DNA of 64,000 nt from Octopus sinensis (taxonomy: Eukaryota): the NCBI RefSeq assembly GCF_006345805.1, contig NC_042997.1, positions 157,914,001 to 157,978,000 on the forward strand. Direction: 5' to 3'. Shown here piece after piece: positions 38,741 to 51,052 of the stretch. A program made the translations under genes and the position numbers. The notes under the pieces are model-generated. The model was not told the DNA's origin and ran no database searches. It worked only from the letters and a program-made list of their open reading frames with translations. Position 1 is the first letter of the stretch. Each line of letters starts with the position of its first letter.

Positions 38741-39659
38741 CTCAATAAAATACCAATGATTAAGTAAATTATATACGTTTTTATTATTCTATTGCAATTT
38801 ACTTAATCGTTGGTATTTTATTGTTATTTTAATTTTAATATTTCTATTATATGTAATTTTTCTAGATGGTGTAATTTAATTGTTCATTTTGAATTAATAA
38901 AAGGTGTTTTTTTCTAATTTATATATATATATATATATATAATATATATATATAATATATATATATAATATATATATATATACATGTGTATAAGCCAGTG
39001 CTCCAGCATGGCCACAATCAAAATGACTGAGACAGGTAAAAGAATAAAAGAATATATACAGACACAAGCACACTCACACAAAACACCCGTCTCTCTCTCT
39101 ATCTCTCACTTCCTCCCTCGCTGTCTCTCTCTCTCTCTCTCTCTCTCCCTCTCTCACATACGCTTATGACATCAACATACAATTCTCGCTGGGAAGAATA
39201 GTTTTTAAAACGGATGGAGAAATTCGAAGGATTACTTCGGTTTAATAGCAGAACCCCTGTCATAGCTATCGGAGAGGTGAGTTCAAGCCTCACGATCAGC
39301 CTTCGGCGTTTTCTATCTTAATATATTTGCATGATATTATTTAGAGCTTTATGTTTGCATCCCAAGATAAATCGATTTCACGGTCACTTGAAAGTTTATA
39401 AAATTTCTTTGTATGTATGGTTACGCTGCTGGACAAAATCTTAAGACCAGTAAAAGAAAAAAATCAACTCCTTCAAGACAATCTGTGCTTTTACATCTAT
39501 TTGTCTATAGCAGAGCGTTTTCTCCATGACTTTTTGTGGGGTTCGAATATATTTCGAGTACATTTGAACTAATAACAAGGTTGTATATATATACATATAT
39601 ATACACCTCCCGCCTAAGCTTCCCAAAGGTATTTTTCTTCAGTTGATATTTGTAAACTG

Positions 39660-39790
39660 CGTCACTACATTCTCTCTCTCTCTCTCTCTCTCTCCCTCTC
39701 TCTCCCTCTCTCTCCCTCTTTCTCTCCCTCTCTCTCTCTCTCTCTCTCTCCTCTCTCTCCTCTCTCTCTCTCTTTCTCTGTATATATATA
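39660..39790. repeat. (CT)n microsatellite
   Basis: Direct reading. Confidence 0.95.
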
Positions 39791-40374
39791 TATATGAAGG
39801 GGATTTTTCCTTGTGTAGTTTGTCTTGTACTCTGTTTTTCTGTTGTAAAAAAATGGTTTGTTCCATGCTTGTTTTTCCGTTTTCGTTTCTCGTTGTGGTG
39901 TCTTGTAACTACGTATATATTTATATATGCATGTATATGTACATGTAGATGTAGGTACGTACATATATGTTTGTATGTATGCATATATTTTATATATTAC
40001 ACTATATATATATATATATATATACTTCGTTTCTGTATCTGGTTTGCAAGATATTTTATGTGAATTCGTGTGTCTCTAAGGAGAGTCATTATACCAATAT
40101 ATTCAGCACACACACCGGTTCAATTTTATTCACTTATCAAACATCTGATTATTTTGTTTTAGTTAGTCAGAGCACTTTCGTTGCTTCTTGCAACCTTCAC
40201 AGTGACTTAGTGCCTTATAGAAGCCGCGTTTGTTTGTTTGAGATTTTGTTGCGTGTGAGTGTGCGTGCCTGCATGCCAGCGTGCTCGTGTGCTTGTGTAT
40301 GTGTGTGTACTTCTGGTGCCTTGTGTGTCTGCGTTTTAGATTGTCTATGCGTTTTAGATTGTCTTTGTGTATGC

Positions 40375-40410
<36 letters not shown>

Positions 40411-40523
40411 GATCATGTGTTTCTGTCTCCTTATATATATGTGTGTATGTGAGTGTGTGTGTTTGCTTGTCGATCCGTATTACCTAACTATTATTTATCT
40501 ATCACTTTCTCTTTGTCTGTCTG

Positions 40524-40604
<81 letters not shown>

Positions 40605-41188
40605 TTGTGCGTGTGTGTGTGTGGGTGTGTGCAGTAAAATTTAGATTCAGATAAATATGGTACTTAAGTTATAGGCACCAGAATTTGGTATGGTATTATC
40701 CATATAAATCAAATGGGGTGATTATAATCAAAATAAGCAACAAATATATCCAAGGTAGTGTAGTACAATCGTTTCATGCTAGTTCATTTTATTAAACAAT
40801 GTAAGTATTACATTGTTTAATAAAATGAAGTATATCCTTGTTGCTTATTTTGAATATATATGTATGTATATATATATATATTTATACACATTGCCGTAAC
40901 ATTCTGGAATTCTGGACAACCTTCTGCAATCATTTGTGTCGAGTATGCCACAGTGAATTTTTAAACTTATTCTCATTAGTGGTCGAGCTATTAACAACTG
41001 AGTGTCATTGTTTACTATTTATTCATTGTTTTCGTTTGCTATTTGTCGTGGTCTTAAACTTTTATTCAGGTAAAATGTTGTTAGTTTTGATACACTGCAT
41101 ATTTTGTTTCATTAAATGTTAAACATTTCTTTGGGTTTTCGTATATCTTTTTTCTATTTGCCAATAACGAATCTATAATGAAAAATAA

Positions 41189-41342
41189 TCGGAGTGGTTA
41201 TAGCTTCTTCAGCCGCAGAGACCGGAAAGGCAGGTGTTGGCTTGTGACATGAGAGACCAGTGTATCATAATAAGGATCTCGTTTCATATCGCAGCGTCTG
41301 ATTTTCCGGTCTTAGTGGCTGAAGAGGAGATAACCACTCCGA
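41189..41342 (+). ncRNA. Long imperfect RNA hairpin (candidate hpRNA, long pri-miRNA or ADAR substrate)
   Basis: Manual pairing gives 60 base pairs, including 9 G.U and 0 A.C, with a 15-nt terminal loop (41259-41273). No second copy was seen in the window. Confidence 0.6.
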
Positions 41343-41914
41343 GATGAATACATCTCGCTGTCTGTTTAGGGTAAGCTCTGTGTTGACTCGGTGTATTTAC
41401 ACATATTTGTCTACAGCGAGAAGTTTTCTTCATGACAAAATGCAATGAATGGCTTTCTTATGCCTCAAGCATATTTGAACTGGAAACAAGTTTGTATAAA
41501 TACGATAGTTTTTTTCACAAATATAATAATGGTGACATTTCTTTTCACAAACAATATATTTCTAATTTTCGTGATCATTTATGTGCAAGAAGTAGAATCT
41601 TCGTTTAAATCATGTCACATACATCAATTAAAACAGGAAAAGTACTGTAAAGATGTCATGCTCATTTATCACACGCTGTCAGAATCTTCAATGAGTACAT
41701 TATAAATAATAGATTCAGACTCTAACACATCAACATTCTCTCACGAAGATTCTGTCAAAGCTTTGCATTTTGGTCTAAAAGCTGTCATAAGACAGCGTGT
41801 GCCATAAAGTTGAAGGGGACATTTTTGGGGAATCGATTTCGCATTGCATTTTCTATTCAGTTTTGAAACCCACACGTTTGTTGTAAACTGCAAATATATA
41901 TATATATTTGTATA

Positions 41915-42110
41915 TTGCCCACAGGGGGCCAAACATAGAGGGGACAAACAAGGAATTAAGTCGATTACATCGACCCCAGTGCATAACTGGTACTTATTTA
42001 ATCGAACACGAAAAGATGAAAGGCAAAGTCGACCTCGGCGGAATTTGAACTCAGAACGTAGCGGCAGACGAAATACCGCTAAGCATTTCTCTCAGCGTGC
42101 TAACGTTTCT
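41915..42110 (-). mobile_element. Family A SINE, nearly full length
   Basis: Matches 7191-7425 except for the extreme 5' head. Confidence 0.85.
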
Positions 42111-42389
42111 CAACGCAAATAAGGAAGGCTTGAACGCCATAGAATCTCATTTTCCACTGCGTACTAAATTTATAGAACAATAGCACAAAACAACATTGAA
42201 ATGAAAAACTTTCGTTAACTTAGGAAATACGAACAAAAGCCTCAAATGTGTGCATATGTATATTCATACAGATACACACGCACATTTATAAGTATTAAAT
42301 GTGCATTAAGCATATTTACTGTAAAGATCTTTAAAGAGATTATCTAACAATAATAATGAGATAAGCAAAAACAGCGAGTAAGATATAAA

Positions 42390-42430
42390 TTCCAAGCATG
42401 TTTCGGCATTATTATGACCTTATCAGCGAA
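42390..42430 (-). ncRNA. Degenerate minimal hammerhead ribozyme motif
   Basis: Minus strand: TTCG-CTGATAA-GGTCATAATAATGCC-GAAACATGC-T-TGGAA. G8>A and U16.1>C relative to the consensus. Confidence 0.45.
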
Positions 42431-43606
42431 GAATAGACTTTACCGAAATAATTAAAACAATAGTTGTAAATGAGTTGAGTTATTTTGGAAAAGCTTGGTT
42501 CTCTCTAATCCCAATTATTTTCTAGCTACCTTTTTATGTTTTCTTTCAATTAAATACATTACTGTTAACTTAAATATTAATTTGTAGCCTTGAGTCTGAG
42601 AATGGAATTTATATACGGAGAAATTTTTACAGAAGTAAATTTTTCAACATCAACCTGTTAACAGAGAAATATATTATAGAAGTATACAATATTATTTGTT
42701 TCAGTATTATTCACAGAATTTATAAAAATGTATTTCAAGTGGAAATAAACACGGATTAATATGTTGTCTGATTATATGTTGTTGATTATAAAAGTCATAA
42801 AAAATATTGTAATATAAAATAAGAATTTTATACACATCTATTCAATTAAACAGAGAGAATACTTTTTTTATGTAAATAATGGTAAATAAAACAGAAAACT
42901 AACAAAGAATGTTGATTTGTTCATTGAGGTGTATAATGTGATAGGTTCCTTAATGTTCACATTCGTCGTAAAAACCTACATTAATTTCACAGTGCAAATA
43001 TTGAGAAAACGAAATTACATCGGAGTAACTACAATACATTTTAAATGTAAAATAAAACATACATATATACACAATGGAAATAGCAACAAATAAAACTAAT
43101 TATCTAAGGCAATATTTTGTCCGGTCCTATATTTTGAAATAATTGATTTCTTTCGGAAAGGAAAACAACAACAATGACAACAACAACCACCACAACAATC
43201 TATTGAATTAATCTTGTATATTGACTGTACTTATTTTATTGATCTCAAGGGAACATGAAGCGAAGTTGATTCCAGTAGGATTCGAACTAGAAACATAGAA
43301 GAGATTATCAAATACTGCTAGTTATTAATTCTGGTGGGCAACTGTTTCTGTTATCTACAATATAGAAAGTTACAGAAACAACAGAAAAAAAAACAAAAAA
43401 AAACACCACCAACAACAACAAAGACAAAACAAAACAAAACAAAAAAGGTTGTGGGTTCGATAGTGATCTGGAAAATGTAGGAATCAATATATTTCATTCG
43501 TTTTCAAACAGGATACTTGTCAAGTACACTTTATGGAAAATAAAATTTCAGTCACGTTTATGCATTTCACGAATCTCTCTCTCTCCTTCTATCTCTGTAT
43601 ACATAC

Positions 43607-43663
<57 letters not shown>

Positions 43664-43789
43664 GTGTGTGTGTGTGAGTGTGTAGGTATATATTCAGTAT
43701 TATATATATATATAGATAGATAGATAGATGTATACATACATACATACATTATACATACATTCATACGTACATACATACATACACACGTT

Positions 43790-43835
<46 letters not shown>

Positions 43836-43999
43836 TGTATGTATGTATTAAAATATGCAACGAGGATATCCAGAGAAACTAGGTTGATCCTAAACGATAA
43901 TAATCGTCTTGAAAATCCAAGCCTTGTGCCTATATAAGAAAACACTATTGGGAAATTATTAATTGAAGATGTGTTAAGGAGGAGAGCAAAGCACTGAAG

Positions 44000-45330
44000 T
44001 TATGTCACATAATCCTTAAATGTTCCCCTCTTTGTTTCTTGCACAATCATTATGAATGAGTCTATACGTGGTCGTCCGACATGTTAGTAATAATAGTCAA
44101 ATGTTTTTAAACGACACCTTAGCTTCTTCAAATGAAAAAAAGGTCATTGGGCAGTGTAGTCGTAGATATATAGAAGATCAGTTGGATCTTAGCTACGACG
44201 CTGTAGAACGCCAGGACTGCCGAGTCAGATTTAACTCAAATGACAACAGTGACTGAACAAATTGTGGATGAGAAACCAATAATCGAAGTTAATGAGTGAT
44301 GAGGGGTAGGGAGATTAACTATGATAGATGAGAGCCATAAAGAAGGGATTAATTTTAGAGATGGTGAGAGTAAGTGCAAGTTGTTCACTTAGTAGTATTT
44401 TAGCGAAGCTGTAAATGAACATATGTACTTGACCGTAATGAAAAGAAACCTACGAAGCGTTGATAAATAGAGACAAAAAGTGAATGAATGTGAAAATGTA
44501 TTACAATAATTGGATGTGAGTATTTATAGTCAGAAGTGGTGCAAGGAGTGGCAAGGTGGTGTTGAAGAAGAGAGCCACAAGTTTCAAGATGTTCGAAAGG
44601 TTATTGCGGACATTGAAGAGACGCACCCGGAATCATTCACTCAAATGGTTAGTTGTGTATCTTATAAAGTATTAATTACTGTGACAGTAGGCCATCTAAT
44701 ATATAAAATTAGCAAATACGGGTTGTAAAATTTAGTACACGTATAATTATGGTGTTAAAAATGTAGTAGGAAGTACTGCCTCATTGTAGGAAAATGTGGA
44801 GGTTCCAAAATTGTTGTAGGTGGGGGAAAAAGACGCCCTTGAGGTTGAGTGAGCTTTTGTCAAATTTGAAGGGAAGGAATGAATTTTCAGAAAAGATGGG
44901 AGAAGTGGCGGGTTAGACTAAAAAAGAGGATAATGTAGCTTAGCAGCTAGATATGTGGTTATTGGGGGGGGGGGGGGGCAGGGAATACAACGTGAGGGAA
45001 AAGCGAGGCATTTGAACTCGAAGTTAGAATGACTGTTAAAAGAGCAACAGAGGGGAAATGTAGGGGCAGCGGGACGTCGAATTCTATGTTTGTGTGATTG
45101 GAGAAAGAGAAGCTGAGGTAGGAGTGGGAGTCAGTGGGTTAGTTAAAATTGGGAAAGGCGACGACTATGAAGTTTTACTTTTTTAAGAGTCAATGAGACA
45201 GGTAAGAGTGGAACCTCTCCTCAAACCGTCCAGCTAGTCTGAATGCTGGCAGCAAAATCAACTTCGCTAAAAATGCTTAGGTTAGTAGATGATGCTGTTG
45301 AATAGGATGATGATTTAAATTGACCATCAA
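44000..45330 (-). mobile_element. Highly decayed CR1/L2/Jockey-group LINE (AP-endonuclease region)
   Basis: The C-rich minus strand has remnants resembling ILGDFNVH and PTRIP...NILDLFL at about 44790 and 44570-44650; many stops and frameshifts. Confidence 0.45.
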
Positions 45331-45934
45331 AAGCTCATTTGGTGACATTAAACTGGGTGGCTGACAAAATCAGCTATCCAAGGACTAGGTGATATTAAAC
45401 AGGTTAACGAATTAAGTTTACTACCGAAGGATTAGGCGCTGAAGTTTACTACCCAAGGATTAGGGCTGATGCAAAAAAGGTAAAAAAGCCGGAGGGCATC
45501 TCCTCTCGCTCTCTAACCGTTTCGCCAATCAATCACCCTGGGCAACACTTTATTCTATTGCACCCGAAAAGATGAAAGGCAAAGTTGACTTGATCGAGAT
45601 TTGAGCTCGGAGCGCAGAGGGGGGAACAAATACTTCAAGACGCTAGCTCCTACATTTTAACTACCCTACCAGTTCACCACCTAAAGATTATAATATTCCG
45701 GATTTCTATACCGCTCAACACTACAATTACACTGCTACAACACAACTCTAGACAATGAAAGAGCTTCTGTGTGGTTGTTCAACTTGTTAGAAATGGTAGT
45801 CAAATCTCGACCAAAAAAGATACATTGGACAATTAGGTCATGGGTTCCTGCAAAATACAAAATTGACATGGTCAGGCTGGAATGTTTTTGATCATACATC
45901 TCTATTTAGGGTTAAACAACAATACATGGAAGCA

Positions 45935-46310
45935 CTCCGTCGGTTACGACAATGAGGGTTCCGGTTGATCTGAATCAACGGAACAGCCTGCTCGTGAAAT
46001 TAACGTGTAAGTGGCTGAGCACTCCACAGACACGTGCACCCTTAACGTAGTTCTCAGGGATATTCAGCGTGACACAGAGAGTGACAAGGCCGGCCCCTTG
46101 AAATACAGGTACAACAGAAACAGGAAGTAAGAGTGAGAGAAAGTTGTGGTAAAAGAGTACAGCAGGGATCACCACTATCCCCTGCCGGAGCCTCGTGGAG
46201 CTTTTAAGTGTTTTCGCTCAATAAACATTCACAACGCCCGGTCTGGGAATCGAAACCGCGATCCTATGACCGCGAGTCCGCTGCCCTAACCACTGGGCCA
46301 TTGCGCCTCC
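45935..46310 (-). mobile_element. tRNA-derived SINE (family D), full length
   Basis: Minus-strand head GGAGGCGCAATGGCCCAGTGGTTAGGGCAGCGGACTCGCGGTCATAGGATCGCGGTTTCGATTCCC (A and B boxes) continues into a 300-bp body. An older copy lies at about 49500-49945 (+). Confidence 0.85.
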
Positions 46311-46350
46311 ACAAACAACAATACAAGCATTTCATTTACTACCAGCACCA

Positions 46351-46408
46351 ATGACCACCACCACCACTACCACTACCACCACCACCACCACCACCACTAC
46401 TACTACTG

Positions 46409-46447
<39 letters not shown>

Positions 46448-46467
46448 TTACTACTACTACTACTACT

Positions 46468-46525
<58 letters not shown>
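46351..46525. repeat. Compound trinucleotide tract (ACC)n/(ACT)n/(TAC)n
   Basis: Direct reading. Confidence 0.95.
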
Positions 46526-46526
<1 letters not shown>

Positions 46527-47210
46527 TTGCTGCTACTGTACAGCGGTATCAATAATGAACATTTCAAAAACTTACATCTACATTCAATCCCAGATGGTTG
46601 AACTAGATGTAAGTAACAGAACAACAACAACAACAATAACGGGTGCGACGACCACGACGACAACAACAATGATAACTGAAATTGCAACAGAAACAATAGG
46701 AAGATTAGTGGCAACAGCTGAAGAAACGTATATATGGTATTAAACATACTTAATCTAGTTTGTATAAACTAATATTCATGAGTATTAGTTTATGCAAATC
46801 GCACAGCTGCGATATCACAAAGCAACGACACAACATGGCTCTGTAAAAGAAGGAGTTGCGAAAATACACCACATGACAACCAAGTGGCAAGACTGGAGCA
46901 ATATTTTATTAGGGTGAACCAAATGAGTTCAATTAAGTATCGGGGAGAAAGTATCGTCAATTATTTAATGACCGACTCTTGTTGAGTATATGAAGATATA
47001 ATCATTAATTTTTTTTTCAGTTAAAGTCTATTTTTCATCAAATTTCATTATTTGACTAATTAAAATTTCTAGGTTGTCTGCCCTTTTAATTTTTCTTGGT
47101 TTTGTGCATCTAGTAGCTAGCGCCGACCTTACCATATGTTGTTCATAAACGCCTATTGAAGTTATTTAGCGAAATATATGTCCAAATAAGTTTAGTGGCA
47201 TTCATAGCGT

Positions 47211-47615
47211 GGATCTTTTCGGTTTGAACGGCAGTTTTTTCTAGCGGTGTCATATGAAATTGTCACCCATAATTATGACCCTAGTATTGATCTATTGCAT
47301 TTCAATCTATTTTAGGGTTAGGGGGAAGCGTGTTTTTTTTCTTCACAAATGTAAATAAACCCAATCTATTTCTTAAACGAGGGACATATGCATACGGCAG
47401 AGAATGTTTTTTATCTCAATAGTGTCAGTGATTGGTTGAAATTGCAGAAATTGAAGAAAAAAAAAACGACAAATATCTTACAAACTATAGAATTTTCTCA
47501 ATAAAGCCAAGAGAAAAAGAAGTTTTATAAACACATTCTACCAGTATACGAAGTTTAAAATTTTTTAGTTACCTAGAAATCATGTTAAAAACTGCCGTTC
47601 AAACCGAAAAGATCC
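47211..47615. mobile_element. Merlin (IS1016-related) non-autonomous MITE, 405 bp
   Basis: Perfect 29-bp TIRs GGATCTTTTCGGTTTGAACGGCAGTTTTT (47211-47239; reverse complement at 47587-47615). Exact 8-bp TSD CATAGCGT (47203-47210, 47616-47623). 5'-GG termini. Confidence 0.85.
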
Positions 47616-48367
47616 CATAGCGTTATTGTGCTTAATACGGGTTAAGCTGACCCACTAAACCATTAAATAAATGCGTTATTGACACTTCTTTCCCAGATTC
47701 GAAGGAATAGCATTACTTCCATATCAGTTTATAACATCCCGAATGTATCATCCGACGACAGTGGGGAACTGACAATCAAAGCCACATAAGGCAATAATAA
47801 AAAGCAACAACCCACCCACCTCTGGTTCAACTCTCTTCAGTTATTATGTTTCATATAAACCATGAACATAACACAGGCTGAAGTAAAAACGAACTGAAGT
47901 CAGTAAATATATCTAAAGGCGCCGCTAACTGGGGATAACTGAAAAACGAATAGCACCAGTCCTAGATCTCATTACGTACGTACATACGTGCGTATGTATG
48001 TATGTATGTATGTATGTATGTATGTATGTATGTATGTATGTATGTATGTATGTATATGGATTGATGACTGGAAATGTGTTTGTGTGTATCGAAACACATG
48101 TATACGTATTTGTGCGTGTTCATATGCATATATATTTAATAAGCCTGGTTTTCACGTTGTAAATTAATGTGGGTCCACTTGTCTTTACATCCAGTCATTT
48201 CTATGGCCATAAATTCGATATTTGACATTTACAATAGAATCAAATTTCTCATTGTAGACAAAAAAAAACACGTGTAAAGGTGGTGGAGAGTGAAAGGATA
48301 AGACTACATATAAATACGTACATATATACATATATACATAAATACAAATGTGTGTGCATATACATAT

Positions 48368-48500
<133 letters not shown>

Positions 48501-49499
48501 TATATGTATGTATGTATTTGCATGTGTGTATTCATGTATGAGCAAGTATGTGTGTGTGTATACATATACATGCAACGATACATAAATATTTGTATGTATG
48601 TACATATACATGTACACTCACATACACGGATGTATATTTTTAGGAAGAGAGAAAGAGAGAGAGATTGGGGAAGGAGGAATGGAGAAAAATGATATATATC
48701 ATTTTGTTTCCAATAAAGAATTATTGCTTACTATAATGACAAAAATGTTGATGAGAAGAAATAAATTCTGTGCCAAACCACGGGTTGTCAGATATTAAAC
48801 GACAACAAAACGCTCTGAGTGAAAATTGGTTGTATAAAATCTGATAGCGCACTTTAAGTTACCTTTTCTAGCTAAAACTAGAAGCTACCATATCTCTCAC
48901 GGATTATACATTTATGTCATGAATAAATAATATATGTTTTTACCTCATGTAGACGTACAGGTTATAACAAGCATCGGGATAGATACAGCTAGAGTGGATT
49001 TTGATCATGGTTATGTGCTTTGTCAGAGTTGATTTGGTGCTGAAATCTACAGGTTATAGTAGTTCAAAATTAACTAGAGTCTAACGATGAGGACTGAACT
49101 GCTTTCTCGTCGTTGCTTAGCCAGAGGCCAACTGATGAAGAATACCTCTGATCTCAGTCTACTTGTTTTGACCATACCAAGGTGGCTGAATCGTTAAATC
49201 ACCAGACAGAATGCCTTGCGACATTTGTTCCGGCTCTTTAAATTTTTATTCGAATGCTGCCGAGCATTGCCTTTCTCCCCTCCGAGATAGACAAAAATAA
49301 AGTGCCTGTCGAAATACTAGGATGGTTGGTATTGACTAACATCTTACACTTAAAAATTCATGGCTTTGTACTTAAATCAGATACCATTATTTCATAAAGG
49401 AATAATGTTATTTAGGGGTGGGTGATTAAGTTGCTATTTCTAGTGGAAAGAACGAACACGTAAGAACTCACTCGTTTAACGCTAAAGGAAATAAAGTCA

Positions 49500-49945
49500 C
49501 GTGGACAAGCGGTTTGGGTATTCAACTCATAATCATAAGGTCATGAGTTCAATTTTCTGGATCGTGTGGTGCGAAGTGTTCTTGAGTAAAGCCTTTCACT
49601 TCATGGTGTTCCTGTCTATTCAGTTAGTGAAGGGAATGGATTTCGTGGTTTGGGTATTCAACTGAAGGTCGTGAGTTTGATTCACGACGGCATGTTGTAT
49701 CCTTGAGCAAGATGCTGTATTTCATGCTGCTCTAGTGTACTCAGCTGGCAAGAAGGAACCGTGCCTGTAATTCAAAGAGCCTACTGTGTCACATTCTGCA
49801 TCACGATGAAACTCCCTAAAAAAATACGTTAAAGGTACGCGTGTTTGTGGAGTGCTTAGCCACTTACCCGTTAATTTCACGAGCAGGCTGGTCTGTTGAT
49901 CGGATCAACTAGAACATTCGTCATCGTAATCAACGGACTGCCAGT
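49500..49945 (+). mobile_element. Older family D SINE copy or copies
   Basis: The 3' part is the reverse complement of 45940-46100 (GTGGAGTGCTTAGCCACTTAC..GTTAATTTCACGAGCAGGCTG). Confidence 0.7.
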
Positions 49946-50367
49946 TTAAGTTTATTCAGCAGCAAATAAGTATCAACGCTAAATCAAAGGTAAAAGAGAC
50001 CGAAAGGATGAGTCTATGTCTGCTAGGTGGTGGTGGTGGGGCAATAAAATAAAGTATCAATCGACTGATCCCCTCTCTCAAAATGTCTGGCTTTGTGCCC
50101 ATGTTACAATTATTTTATTATCATATATTTTGTGTCTACTTTCATTGCACAACCGTCCTGAGCTCTGTGTGTCTCGGGTTTATGCCGTAAAAGTACTGTG
50201 CGTAATATGAGGAGACCAGGTGTGTGATTTTCTCTATGTTAAAAATATATTCTAGTCCCGGCGTTTTGGTTATGCATTTACCTGAATCTGTCTTTAATCA
50301 CTCCCATAGCACACATTCTTAATGGACAATTTGTCTCTTCAGTACCCACCTTCTGGTTACCTCTATA

Positions 50368-51052
50368 CAGTGATCCCTCGTTACTTCGAGGTTAAACTAT
50401 CGTGGATTCACGACTTCGCGGATTTTTAAAATGGATATGTAAGAACACCTAAAATATTTCATTAAATCCAAAGAAGAAACGAAGCAAGAAACAGAAGTTG
50501 TCAACCAAACTGGCTTGACTTTGGAACGGCTGGTCAAGCTCTGCAACCTGGCTAAATAATTGAAAGAGGTGTCACATGAATCCCTACAAGATGCTCTTTG
50601 AATGGAAAAAGAAGTAGTGGCAGCAACTTCCTATCACAATGTTTTTGCAGCCTCACAAAAAAGAGCCAGTTCCTGCTGCTACTACTACGGCTGCACCTTC
50701 GGAAGAAGTGGAAGAGGTGTCCCAGGAAAAGGCACCGCCGTCAGCTTGATCATCTTCATTTCTACTGCGCAGCAAATTCATCACCATCATCATTCAAATT
50801 TTACTTCAATTTCTTTCGTGTTTAGTACAGTAACAATAAAATTTTTAAAATTCTAAAGGGTTATTGCTTAACAGTTGTCCTTGTTATTAATAAACTACTA
50901 TAATGGGTGGGTTGCTAACCGTACAGGGAGGGTTTTAAAAGTCCAAATACACGTTAAATAAATACTGTAAATATGGTCTCCCTACTTCGCGGAAATTCAG
51001 TTATCGTGGCCTGTCTCGGAACAAATCTACCGCGATAAACGAGGGATCACTG
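50368..51052. mobile_element. pogo/Tigger-like internally deleted DNA transposon, 685 bp
   Basis: TIRs CAGTGATCCCTCG at both ends and TA TSDs (50366-50367, 51053-51054). Internal remnant EEETKQETE...GLTLERL resembles the Tigger transposase C-terminus. Confidence 0.85.

Noticed and set aside
41228-41248. AGGCAGGTGTTGGCTTGTGAC resembles miR-31/miR-72 (AGGCAAGATGTTGGCATAGCT)
   Set aside because: The seed differs (GGCAGGU vs GGCAAGA) and the 3' half diverges, whereas this family is normally conserved almost exactly. Not called as miR-31.
46235-46310. tRNA-like sequence on the minus strand
   Set aside because: It continues into a 300-bp SINE body that has another copy in the window, and it lacks a proper acceptor stem; it is a SINE head.
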